A stretch of DNA of 63,854 nt, counting the filler, from Aduncisulcus paluster (taxonomy: Eukaryota): NCBI GenBank assembly GCA_024181965.1. It is 15 parts of 15 records of this genome, joined end to end, with 100 filler letters (N's around TTAATTAATTAA, not from the genome) between each part and the next. Parts side by side here need not be neighbours in the genome. Positions count along the whole stretch, not along the records: positions 31,041 to 55,930 come from BQXS01000269.1; 14 more parts are not named here. One strand, given 5' to 3'. Below are positions 33,663 through 44,817 of this stretch, one piece after another (the first letter of the stretch is position 1; every line of letters starts with the position of its first letter). Both the position numbers and the translations under genes were made by a program. The notes below the pieces were generated by a model that was not told the DNA's origin, ran no database searches, and saw only the letters and a program-made list of their open reading frames with translations.

Positions 33663-36600
33663 ATGAAATTTTTTAAATTTTCTTTATTTATTATTGCGTT
33701 AATTATATCCGCTGCATTAGCTAGCGATGTTAATGTTGTTGTTCAAGAGTCCGTTATGGAAAGTATTGTTCAACAGATAATTTCAGGTGATCTTACCTCG
33801 TTGTCGGAACTTGACTACGCAGGAACCGCTAAAACTGCTGCCAAGACTTCAATGATGTGGATTATCCCTGCCATCTTATTCTTTCTCGCCGGTATTTTCA
33901 TGATTCCTTTCTATTGTTGCCGTTTGCTGCTGCTGCTGCTGCCCTGATTGCTGCTGCAGTTGCACCCCCAACAAAGAAAAACCTTACCCTCAATGGAAGA
34001 AGAATTCAACTGCTATCTTCTTGGCTGCGTTTATTGCTGTTGCAATCGTTGGTATTGGGCTCGGATGTCTTATCTCTGCCAATATGAAGTCCCTTGTTAA
34101 TGATGGTCTTGTTGGAGCTGGAAATGCTATTATTACTGATGGTATTTCCACTGCTGAGGGCTTGGGAACTGTCGCTAACCACCTTGTTGATGAAACTGAT
34201 ACTCTTCTCGATAAAATCTTCAGCATTATTACTGGTGTGTTCAAATCCATTGATCCTGTGCTTATTACTCCCTGGTCTGCTGGTGCTGGATCCACATCTA
34301 GTCAGCTTGATCCTATCTTCCAAGTGATTGGTGGTGTCTTTTCTGCCCTTGTTACTGGAAGTGGGAACTTTGGAGACTTCTTTGCTGGTCTTGAAAACCC
34401 CATGTTCTCCTTAGTTGGAAGTGGTGGAATCATCGAGATGTTCACCATGGTCCAAAAGGCTCTCCAAACTCCTATTGACATGATTGATACCAATGCAGGC
34501 AAGCTTTGTATTCAGAAAGTGATGTACAGTCTTGCTAACTCTATGAAAATCGAGATTGCTGGGTTGACTGATGAATGTACTGACAGTTCCATTTCTTTCT
34601 ACACCATTTTTGCCGCTGTTGGTGATGCTTATGATGAAACAAGTGCTGATTACGATGCTGAGTTCAAGAGTGCTGTTGATGGTCTTACCACCACCACTGG
34701 AACTACCTGGGCCAGTAACCTTGCCACCACCTTGAACACTTTCTTCAACATTATTGTTGCCGATGGAAACCCATTGATGACTCAGCTTAAGATCGGAACT
34801 GATTACATCACTACCGTCACTGAAGCTGTGGTTGAGGACAAGGTTGTCACCCAACTCGAGGATGCTGGTGTTGTTGATGTCGATGGTAAGGCTGATATCA
34901 TGGCTTTCATTGAGGAGCAATATGCTGACATGGACCTCGGTCTTCCAAGCATTGGACCCATCAAGTTCGACACTGCCGCTGAGGCCATTGATTCTGTCGC
35001 TCTTGGATTGGACCTCCTTATCATGCTCCACATTATCTTGTTCCTCCCAGCCATCTTCTCCTTGTGCTGCCGTTGTTCTAGTTGCTGCTCTAGGTGCTGT
35101 ACTTGCCTCACCATGTGCTGTTCTATCTGGTCATTCCTTTTCTACTTCTTGTACGCCATTTTGTTCATCACTGTGACCACTGGTTTCAAGGAGTCCTGCA
35201 GTATCTTTGATCTTATCACTGAAAGTGACTCTTCTCTTCGGACAAACTTCCCTGACTTTTTGAACAATGTTCAGACTGTCTTCGACATGAATATTTCTGT
35301 TATTGATGACGAGGCTAAGATCGATGTCGGAACCATTTTCTCCGATGCCCTTGGTGAAAATGCCAGTTGGTTGCCCCAAGATGCCCTTGACTACAAGTTC
35401 GACCTCTCTCAGGTCAAATTCGGTGAGTTCTTTGGATGTTCTGGGAACTACACTCTCTTGGAGGCCTTGAACATTTGGGAGTTCCTTGGTTTCTTCATTG
35501 GAAGCGACGCTGACATTCCCAATGACATCCTCACTGACAGTTCCATCACTCAAACTATCATCGACATGATTGGTGATACCATTCCACAGGCGATCTATGA
35601 CATGGGTGATAGTATGACTGACATTCTTGATATGATTGGAAGCTTGTTGGGTGGTCTTAGTCTCTCTTCATTCTTTGAGAGCACAATTTCATCTGCTGTC
35701 AGTGCTTTCGATGCTGGATTGAGTGGTTTGGCTGACGTTGTTGATAACGCCACTCAAAATTCTCTTCCTCAGGAAGGGGATGGTAGTGGTATCATTGAAT
35801 ATATCATTTTGCAAGGAGATACTGATCTTGTGGATGTTATTGACACCTTGAGACTCAGACTTGATACTGACGAAACTAACTCTCTTAGAGCTGACTACAT
35901 TGCTAACTACAGTATTGCCGGTCTTGGAGGATCTGATAAGGTTCCTACGACTACTGAAGTACTTTGGAATGGTTTCGGTCTCGGTGAGGTTTATGCTATC
36001 CTTACTGAACTTGAGGGAGGTGGATACACTAGTGACACTAACGTGAAATTGAAGCTATATCCTGCCTGTGAATATGCTGACGATACTAGTGTTCATTACA
36101 TTACTTGGTGGGGTAGTGCTCTCGGAGACATCTGTGATGCTTTCACTGCTTCCTCTGTAACTGACGCTATTAGTTTCATTGACACTCTCCGTGATGCTGT
36201 TAACAGCAACGATGGGGCCACTCCTCCAGTCTACGACTATGTTGCTCAACCCTTCGACGCTGACTACAACAGTCAGAACGGTAACTTCGCCAGTTACTGT
36301 GACACTACCTGTGCTGGAAGCATTGCTGATGACTTGCTCTATCTCCTCGACGAGACTCAGTTTAAGGCTGATGCTAGCTCCACCATTTCCTCCTTTGATC
36401 CTCTCCTTACTGTTATCTCTACAGATTATGAGACTATTGGAGACGCTCTCTCCCCCGGTGGTGCCTTTGAAACCATCACCCTGAACCAGGATTCTGTCGG
36501 GACCTCTTTGAGAACAACGCTTGGAACTGCCTGGACAAATGTTGAAGAGGCCGTTAGAAGTCTTCTCTCATGGTTCATTTACTTCTTTGACACTGAGTTC

Positions 36601-36945
36601 CTTTCCTGCAGTGCTGATACCGAGAACTATCCAGTTGCTCTGTTTGACACTTTCTCCACTGTGATGCACGATGTCACTAATATATTCTGTGGATACTTCC
36701 CCAATATCTTCCTTTCTGCTGCTTTGTGCTTCAACTTCTTGCTCATTGCTCAGGTCTGTATCTTCTACACGGCCCACACAGCCAGCAATAGATGGCGTGA
36801 CTTAAAGGGCCAGGAAGAGGAGCCAAATGAATACGATGTTAACGGAGTCTTAGCTACTATGCCTGCGATGACAATTATGCCTCAGACTATGTTGGCTGCC
36901 CCAGGACAACCCATGCACCTTGCTCGTGTAAATACTGGTTGGTAA
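33663..36945 (+). CDS. Prominin-like pentaspan membrane protein (one +1 frame break near 33924)
   Basis: Signal peptide, TM1, Cys cluster (FYCCR/CCCCCPDCCCSC), TM2, large loop, TM3-Cys-rich linker-TM4, large loop, CGYF...TM5, cytosolic tail. Removing one T before (TGC)5 fuses ORFs 33624 and 34021. Confidence 0.65.
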
Positions 36946-37230
36946 AGCGATGTAAGGTTATAACCCTGCTCTTTATGCACGAATCTTTGATACAGAAATT
37001 CGGTATTCGATATGCTTGTGAGTGCTTTTTCATTGATTTGATTCTTTTTTTATCGTGGCTGCATATACCATCCATTGCTACAAAATATAATAAGGAACGT
37101 TGGCATGTTTTTTGCAACCACTTTGTAAACCATAGCTTGTTTAAATATTGTTTTTGTCACCTTGCTTTCTTGCTACTGTGGTTCATCTAATAGTAGAATA
37201 AACCTGAAGTTATTTATTTGTTTTTGTTAA

Positions 37231-37919
37231 TTCGAATTATTTTTTTTTTGCCATGATTTTGGTTCGGTTGGATTTCAAGTCCCAGCTCAATTTTTCCCGA
37301 GGACGAGTGCCAGAGGCAATTTCTCATTTTTGGATCAGGATAAGAAAATATTATTGAAAGAATGATGACAAAAATACAAGAATTTAACGAAAAATTACAA
37401 AATAATAGAAAGAATGCCATTGATATCCTTCTGAATGAATCATTACGAATTCAAACAACAATAGATTCACTGATTGCAAACTTACCATCATATGTGGCAA
37501 GATATCCTCATCATGAAGAATATAAAATGTTTCTGGAGCTTCATAACTTTTCTTCTCGTGCTATTTCGGATTTTCGAATTATTTTTTTTTTGCCATGATT
37601 TTGGTTCGGTTGGATTTCAAGTCCCAGCTCAATTTTTCCCGAGGACGAGTGCCAGAGGCAATTTCTCATTTTTGGATCAGGATAAGAAAATATTATTGAA
37701 AGAATGATGACAAAAATACAAGAATTTAACGAAAAATTACAAAATAATAGAAAGAATGCCATTGATATCCTTCTGAATGAATCATTACGAATTCAAACAA
37801 CAATAGATTCACTGATTGCAAACTTACCATCATATGTGGCAAGATATCCTCATCATGAAGAATATAAAATGTTTCTGGAGCTTCATAACTTTTCTTCTCG
37901 TGCTATTTCGGATTTTCGA
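37231..37919 (+). repeat. Exact 342-bp tandem duplication covering the promoter and 5' end of the LRR gene
   Basis: 37231-37577 equals 37573-37919, overlapping by TTCGA microhomology; ORF starts 37362 and 37704 differ by 342. Confidence 0.92.
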
Positions 37920-40900
37920 TTTGTTTTTTCCAAAAGTATTGATGATCAGAAATTTTATGATAAATATTTAGTGTCATTATATTCTGCTCTATTTTCTATT
38001 GAAAATTTATACCCTTATATCTTTGTTGAAACGCCAGCCATTCATTCAGCTGTATATTTGTCATTGGCAATTCATTACCAAGCTTTATTATCAATAGAAA
38101 CTTATTTATTGGAAAAAGAAACAAGATTTGTGTCTGAAAAGCGGGGGCATTTTGTTTCTACTGCTTCTACTGGAGTAGACTTACCACAAGCTGTCTTGAG
38201 TCCTTCCTCGATCGATGCTGCACGTGAATATATTATCAATGCAATTTTTGAGACTGAAATAACTCTTAATTCCGTGCGATGTGGTGAATATCCAACTCCA
38301 ATCACCCAGGATGATTTTTGTATCCTTTATCATTTATTGGCGCACCTCAGTGTAGGTTCCAATCAAGAGACGGTAACAGTAATAGAGTTAATTGCGTCAA
38401 ATTATTATCGGACAAATCCAGATGCTTCCCATGATGATATCTCCAGCAAGTCTGATTCTCTCCGTCGTAAAACTAAACAAGCAACTGATTTTATTATGCA
38501 TTTTAAGTCTCTTTGTGCGATTGATCGTCGTCATGTCCTTCCAGTTATTTGTGAGGATCCATCCCAGATACTTTTTTCAGAAGGTATTTATCTGCTCCGT
38601 TCTCTTTATCTGTGTGCTCTTGGATTCCCATCTGCTTCGTGTTTCTATTCGATATCCCCTAAAACCTCTCCAGCGAATCATATCGTCCGTGACATCATGA
38701 CTTGGTGCCGATTGAGCACCACTGTTCCTCCTGTGGGGCTTATTGAGTGTAGTGGCTCTGATGAGAGATATTTCGCTGTCAGCACATATAAAATGACTCT
38801 TGATAACTATATTGGACTGCTTTATTCAGATTCAGATTCTTTGGATCTCCCGAGAAGTCACCCTTCTCGTCCTCTCTGGACTGAGGTTCTGTTTTCCTCG
38901 GAGGCTCAAACATATGTTCTTCCCAAGGGTATGTTTCCCTCAGCCTCTTCTTCCTCTCTTTCGCCCGAGCAGGTGTCCTTTTCAACTGCTCTTAAACTAT
39001 GCTGTAATGCGGTGACATGCCTCCATTTTAATCCGGCAATGTCCCATATGCCGAACGGTATTCCAAATCACAACCGCATTAATTTTTCCTCTTTTGTTAT
39101 TGTCAATGATGAAATATTCATAAAACCACCTTGTTGCTGTGATGAGCCGATCTATTCTGATGTTTTGGAATTCCCTCGTGCTGATGAGGAACAACAAAGT
39201 TCTTCTTCCTTAACTTCATTGGATATTTTGTGCTGGCTGTCCATTGTTCATGATGTTTTGGATAGATTCAAGCCTCCTGTTGAAGGATCTGCCCAAGTCT
39301 CTGTGAGGTTGTATGAGCATATTCAGTCCGTGAAACACTCCATAAAGCGGTCAATGGAAGGTGTGTGTGACATTGGTAAGGTTCTTTCTGAATTAAATGC
39401 TATCAGTTCTCTCCATTCAAAAGCAAAGAGTGGGGTAAGATCATCATTGGACAGCACACCACAACATCAAGAACAAGTCGAAGATGAGGACGAATATTCC
39501 TTCGAGTCTTCGTTCGAGAGTGTTCCCAGCGTTGAGGGTGAGCATTGGGCTGAGAAGGAACGAAAAGTTAGGAAACAAAAGAGTGAGGAGGCTGAGAAAC
39601 AAAAGATGGAAAAACTGAAGGCGGAGAAGTTGAAGAAAGCGGAGAGAGAGCGGAAAAGGAAAGAGAACGAAGATAGAATTGCTACTTTGGAACTTGGGTT
39701 GAATTCCCTCCTTGCTGTCGAAAAGAAAAGAAGAGAAGAGGAAGAAAGGAGAAGAGAGGAAGAGAGAAAGAGAGAGGAAGAGAGGAAAAGGAAAGAAGAG
39801 GAAGAAAGGAGAAGAGAGGAAGAGAGGAAGAGAGAGGAAGAGAGGAAAAGAAGAGAAGAGGAAGAGGAGAAACTTGAGGAGGAAGAGGAAGAGGAAGAAG
39901 AGGAAGAGGAGAAGTTATCTTGTCAATCCAATGAAGGCATCCATTGTGATGTATCCATGTCCGATCACAGTGTTATATTGGAATCTATCCATGAAGATGA
40001 TCGTGTTGACTCTTCACATGACCTTCAAGATAATAATGATTCGACATACCCTCATCTCACTCAGCACGTTATTAAGGAGACTCAACTACGGCAATCGAAG
40101 GGCGAACAATATCTCTCTTCTTCGCCTTCAAAGGGTGAGAATGCTCAATCAGAGTTTATACATGGGGGTCAGTATTCAGTTGATTCTGATCCTCTTCATA
40201 TCTCATCTGTGTCCACTCATGATATTGATCCTGGGTGTCCTTCGTGCTCAGATCTTTCCTGGGTTTGCTATTCACAGCCATATTACAGCGTTTCAAGGTC
40301 TTTTGTCGATGCTGAGATGCATGTTTGTGTTGAAAAAGAGATGAGTGTTCACTTACTCAAATATCGTGAATATTTTGATGAAGAAGGACTTTCCCAACAA
40401 GAATGGGAAGAAGAGGAGATGGATGTGACTCTTTTGATGATGCCCATTCCAATGAAACGGTCAATCTGCTCTGATGTCATCTCTCCAGTGGATGTTTCTC
40501 AACGGTCTGAACAAGGGGATACTTTAGACGCTATGGAAGAACCACGTGGAGATATTCGTTTGGTATGCACATGTCCACAATGCGGGAAAAAATTGTTTAG
40601 AGAACGTCGGAAGAAAGAGAAAGAGAAAAAGAAATTAACATTCAATGAGATTACCAGCATTTCCGATGAAGAAAAGGAGAAACAAAATGTTGAATATAGA
40701 AGAAATATTCGGACTTTACTTTGTGCGGATGCTCGGATGGCTTCATATGGTGAGAATTTGTCTGAATTATTCGATTGTGGATACATTGATGATATATTAT
40801 GTTTTATACCAATGAAATGGTCTGAGAATGGTGTTACTTTATGTGATGTTCTTCCGTTATTGTCTAGTTTGACTTATCTCGATCTGAGTTCACTTTCTGT

Positions 40901-42482
40901 GACTCTCACACCTTCTGAGACACACGCTCTATTTTCATCATTCCACCTTTGTACGTCTTTGACATATCTTAAGCTAGATGGTATCAAGATTACATGCTCT
41001 TCGAAGTTCCCGAATGCGTGGCTCTTGGCTGAGGTCTTGGTTACTTTGCCTAGGCTGTCCATTCTTTCTTGTCGTAATTGCAGCATCAATGACAATGCTC
41101 TGGGTGCTATGTGTGGTGGGCTTAAGAGATGTTTTGAGCTTACATTTCTTGACTTATCCGACAACCCTTTTGGAGGTAGTTCGTTGAATCATTTGGCTGA
41201 AGCCTTTGAAGAGATGGAAAAGATCATGAAATGGAGGTCCCCTGCTCTGTCCCATTCATATCATAGCGGGGATTCTTCACAGTCATTAGGTTCTTGCTCA
41301 CAGAACAAAGATCTTACAACTCACCGTCCGATCCCTTCTGTCGAAAAGCCACTGAAATCCAGCTCTTTTTACAGAACTGCCTCGACATTGAGTTTCCTGC
41401 CATGTCCTGTGAAGCTGTTGGAGCTTCATCTCAACGGAATTAGGTTTGATACAGGAATTGGAATGACAGAATTGGCGTCTTTGCTTTCATTCGCTCGAAA
41501 TCTCGAACTATTATCTCTCTGTAATTGTAAAATATCTCGCAAGAACATTTCATTCATTGCACCAATTCTTGGCTGTTCTTCTCATCTCAAGCATCTATAT
41601 TTAGGCCAAAATGAAGCTATCGATTCTGATTGCTGTGGAGCTCTTGCTAAGAGTTCTATCTGCTCCCATCTTCTCACTCTCTGTCTCTCCCACTGTGATA
41701 TGCCAGGAGAAAAGGGAAGGGAGCGTGAGAGGAAGAGGAAACATGATGCTTATATCCGTGGAACACTTCGGGCTTCGAAAAGAATTGAAGCTCTCGAAGG
41801 AGGTGACCTACCTTATGATTTTACGATGAAAAGTTTGCAAACAAAAGAAGAAGAAGAGGAGGAAGAGGCTGAATTTGAAGAAGAAATTGAAAAAGAAAAG
41901 ACATCCGAAGAGATATTTGAAGGTTTGTGTCAACTTCTATCTGCCTGTTCAAATCTCCAAGAATTGTATCTCTCAAATGCTAATTTAGGAAAGGCTATCA
42001 TTAATGTAATTGAATTTCTACCTTCTCACCTTGAAGTTCTAAATTTAGGTTCTAATGTGAGAATTAGGAAGACTATCGGGCGTAAAAACAAGTTTGATTT
42101 TTATACCAAGAAATTCCAATTTCCAGAACATCTCAAAAAATTATTTTTGGATAATAATTGTATTGATAATGCAGCGATTGGTCTTTTTATCAACTCAATC
42201 GAACCGTCCTATCTCGAAGTTCTGGATTTGGGAGGAAATCTTTTGAAAGCAAGTTTTAACACTCCAAAAGAGGAAGATGGGTTTAGAATTTTGATTGATC
42301 GTCTTCCATATTTCAAGAAACTCCGGTGTTTACGCATATATGGCTGTGGAATTGATCGGGATGTGAGTGAAGACCTTTATAGGGTTTTACTTCAGATGGG
42401 TGAAGTTAAACTCGATATTGGGGGGGAAACTGAGTTAGGAAGTGATATTATGAGGAGATTAAGAAGATTTTTGGTTGAATAG
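37704..42482 (+). CDS. Large protein with degenerate kinase-like region, E/R/K coiled coil and C-terminal ribonuclease-inhibitor-like leucine-rich repeats
   Basis: LTYLDLS, LTFLDLSDNPFG, LKHLYLGQN, LQELYLSNANLG and LEVLDLGGN repeats; (RRREEERK)n at about 39720-39910. Confidence 0.85.
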   Translation: MMTKIQEFNEKLQNNRKNAIDILLNESLRIQTTIDSLIANLPSYVARYPHHEEYKMFLELHNFSSRAISDFRFVFSKSIDDQKFYDKYLVSLYSALFSIENLYPYIFVETPAIHSAVYLSLAIHYQALLSIETYLLEKETRFVSEKRGHFVSTASTGVDLPQAVLSPSSIDAAREYIINAIFETEITLNSVRCGEYPTPITQDDFCILYHLLAHLSVGSNQETVTVIELIASNYYRTNPDASHDDISSKSDSLRRKTKQATDFIMHFKSLCAIDRRHVLPVICEDPSQILFSEGIYLLRSLYLCALGFPSASCFYSISPKTSPANHIVRDIMTWCRLSTTVPPVGLIECSGSDERYFAVSTYKMTLDNYIGLLYSDSDSLDLPRSHPSRPLWTEVLFSSEAQTYVLPKGMFPSASSSSLSPEQVSFSTALKLCCNAVTCLHFNPAMSHMPNGIPNHNRINFSSFVIVNDEIFIKPPCCCDEPIYSDVLEFPRADEEQQSSSSLTSLDILCWLSIVHDVLDRFKPPVEGSAQVSVRLYEHIQSVKHSIKRSMEGVCDIGKVLSELNAISSLHSKAKSGVRSSLDSTPQHQEQVEDEDEYSFESSFESVPSVEGEHWAEKERKVRKQKSEEAEKQKMEKLKAEKLKKAERERKRKENEDRIATLELGLNSLLAVEKKRREEEERRREEERKREEERKRKEEEERRREEERKREEERKRREEEEEKLEEEEEEEEEEEEKLSCQSNEGIHCDVSMSDHSVILESIHEDDRVDSSHDLQDNNDSTYPHLTQHVIKETQLRQSKGEQYLSSSPSKGENAQSEFIHGGQYSVDSDPLHISSVSTHDIDPGCPSCSDLSWVCYSQPYYSVSRSFVDAEMHVCVEKEMSVHLLKYREYFDEEGLSQQEWEEEEMDVTLLMMPIPMKRSICSDVISPVDVSQRSEQGDTLDAMEEPRGDIRLVCTCPQCGKKLFRERRKKEKEKKKLTFNEITSISDEEKEKQNVEYRRNIRTLLCADARMASYGENLSELFDCGYIDDILCFIPMKWSENGVTLCDVLPLLSSLTYLDLSSLSVTLTPSETHALFSSFHLCTSLTYLKLDGIKITCSSKFPNAWLLAEVLVTLPRLSILSCRNCSINDNALGAMCGGLKRCFELTFLDLSDNPFGGSSLNHLAEAFEEMEKIMKWRSPALSHSYHSGDSSQSLGSCSQNKDLTTHRPIPSVEKPLKSSSFYRTASTLSFLPCPVKLLELHLNGIRFDTGIGMTELASLLSFARNLELLSLCNCKISRKNISFIAPILGCSSHLKHLYLGQNEAIDSDCCGALAKSSICSHLLTLCLSHCDMPGEKGRERERKRKHDAYIRGTLRASKRIEALEGGDLPYDFTMKSLQTKEEEEEEEAEFEEEIEKEKTSEEIFEGLCQLLSACSNLQELYLSNANLGKAIINVIEFLPSHLEVLNLGSNVRIRKTIGRKNKFDFYTKKFQFPEHLKKLFLDNNCIDNAAIGLFINSIEPSYLEVLDLGGNLLKASFNTPKEEDGFRILIDRLPYFKKLRCLRIYGCGIDRDVSEDLYRVLLQMGEVKLDIGGETELGSDIMRRLRRFLVE

Positions 42483-42673
42483 TCGAACACTCAGTGTACT
42501 GAGGCTCAGTAGAAACTGTATCGGGATATTTAATAAAAAGATTATTATAATTTAATTTAAATGGTGTATTCATGATAGTTCAATATTAGCGATCTCTTTA
42601 TCTCAGTTACTACTGATAAATCTGATTCAGATTAGACTCGTTCTGAAAAACTAATTTTTGAATACTCAGTGCC

Positions 42674-44235
42674 ATGAATCTTTCCTTTTTTCACTTATTT
42701 TTTGTATTTATATCGATATTTGGTGTTTGGGGGAATAGTTGCCCCACATCTCCAATAGATACTATAAAATATACGGGATCACAAATGATCGTTACCAATG
42801 ACTTTTTTAATATTTCTATAATTGATTCTTTTCTTCCAGAAATAATATCTGAACTTCAAAGTATTATTATTCCTGATATTTCGTTCACTGAAGATATTGG
42901 TATTGAGCGAGTGCAGATCCAACTCACTGGATTAACTATTGATGGAGTTACCATAGGAACAGCTGAAGTTCAGTTAATCCCTTCTTTTGGAGGATATGTT
43001 GACATCGATGGATTTGCTTTGCGGTTGACAGGTGAATGGACGTATAAATTGCTCACGTATCCGTACACCTATGAGGGTGGAGATCTCATTATATCATGCG
43101 ATAATTCAAGTGGCACTTTGGGTATCAAGATTGGGACTTCTAGTTACCCTTATAGCATTGTTATTTCTCTCGACTCTGTAAACATTAACGTTAGTGATCT
43201 TTCCATTCAATTTGAAGGAGCTGGCACCTTGGTAAATACATTATTTACTGTTATTGAACCAATGGTTGAGCTTGAAATCGATTCTATTATTGGTGAGGCC
43301 ATTCAGATTGTTGCTGATGAAATATTTGAAGGTTTCAATGGTACTCTCATAAAAGAAGGGATTGGAGATTATGTATATCTGATTGATCAGTTGTCAGATC
43401 TTCTTGTGGTTGAATCTTATTATGCTTCTTTGCCCTTAGCTGGTCTATTCATGAATTGTTCAGATGTTGACGATACTCTTCCTGATTTTAATCCAGGTCC
43501 AATACCTTCGATCTTCACAGATGCAAGTGTCCAGCATTTCTTTAGCATTGATTCTGTTAGATCTCAATATTATGCCGTTTTTGGAGCCCTTTTGAATGGG
43601 AAAATTGGACCGTTTAGTGTTACATATTCTGAGTCGAATCCGGACGATGCCAGTGTTCTGTCGATTCTTCCCTTTTCTCTCACTTCATCAGATCTTTCTC
43701 AATTTATTCCCGAAGTCAATGATCTTTGTACCTCATCTCCTTGTGATATTGATATTACTTTCGATCTCACAGACCAGCCTTATTCATTGGTCATGACATC
43801 ATACTCATTTGTGAGTGATTGGAACTCACTCAATATCAAGCTCACTGGCTCCAACTCGTCATATATTGAAATGTTTGTAGAAATGGAGCTTGAGCATGTA
43901 TTATATCCTGATCATAAACACTGGGATATCATGCAGATGTTTAATTTGAAGCAATTGTCCTCTTTTTCAATTGTCGATGGCTCTATTGAAATTGTTAACT
44001 CTTCCAAGTCACTGCTTCTTTTGGCCATTCTCACCAGTGTCTTATTGTGGGCGACTATATGGAATTTGGATACGACGCCGAATCTGGTTCTGATTTCTCC
44101 TTTAATGACTACGTTCTCTTCCCAATTGGTGGTTTGACTCATTGCTATTATGGAAATTTTGATACTTTTTACAACACTGATGAAGGATGGGTTGTTATGT
44201 CCTTGTATGATCTCGATTGTGAATTCATGAATTAA
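42674..44235 (+). CDS. LBP/BPI (TULIP) family lipid-binding secreted protein; frame break near 44040
   Basis: Signal peptide; LQSIIIPDISF...LTGLTID and LRLTGEWTY are typical of the BPI N-terminal domain; about 500 aa; the C-terminus continues in ORF 44047-44235. Confidence 0.75.
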
Positions 44236-44817
44236 TACTTTTCTGTACTCTAATTTTAAAGTTTGTTCTTAATATAAGAGCTTGTATCCAAACAAACCAA
44301 ATCCAACAGACCTATTTGTTAATTTTTATTACATTTTCTTTTATTTTGTATTTATTTTTGCATAATTTTTCTCTCTCAGATTTCTTTCTCTCTCACACAA
44401 ACATGCCTGATGTACAGCACAACTCAGTGTTGCTCTTTTTTGCTTGGTACAGTTTTATTTTCATGTGTCTTTGTCTTCTAGGTTTCCTTCAATACCCCCC
44501 CTCCCCCCATTGATCTTTTTTGAGCAATTCCAGCGTTCCTCATGTTCAGTCCAGTATTTGCTTTCATTTCAACAGAAATGGAGGTATTTTCAAAATAGTA
44601 TTTACCAAAAATATCTGATTTTTTGAATTTTTTTTTTTTCCTTTATTTTTTCAATTGGCAACATCAATTTTGGCATATAAAATAGTATTTTGAAATACCA
44701 TAATCACCCAACTAAAAATAAACCCTATTTAACCCTATTAAAAGGAGAAGCAAAGGATAACTGAGAATTGAATTTAAGAAGCAAGAATGATTTGTTCCCA
44801 TTAGTAAAATAGGTGAC

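Noticed and set aside
34006-36777. Many overlapping antisense/alternate-frame ORFs in the prominin-like gene (also in RPL26, V-ATPase A and lysozyme)
   Set aside because: Expected by-product of strong codon bias; no independent motifs.
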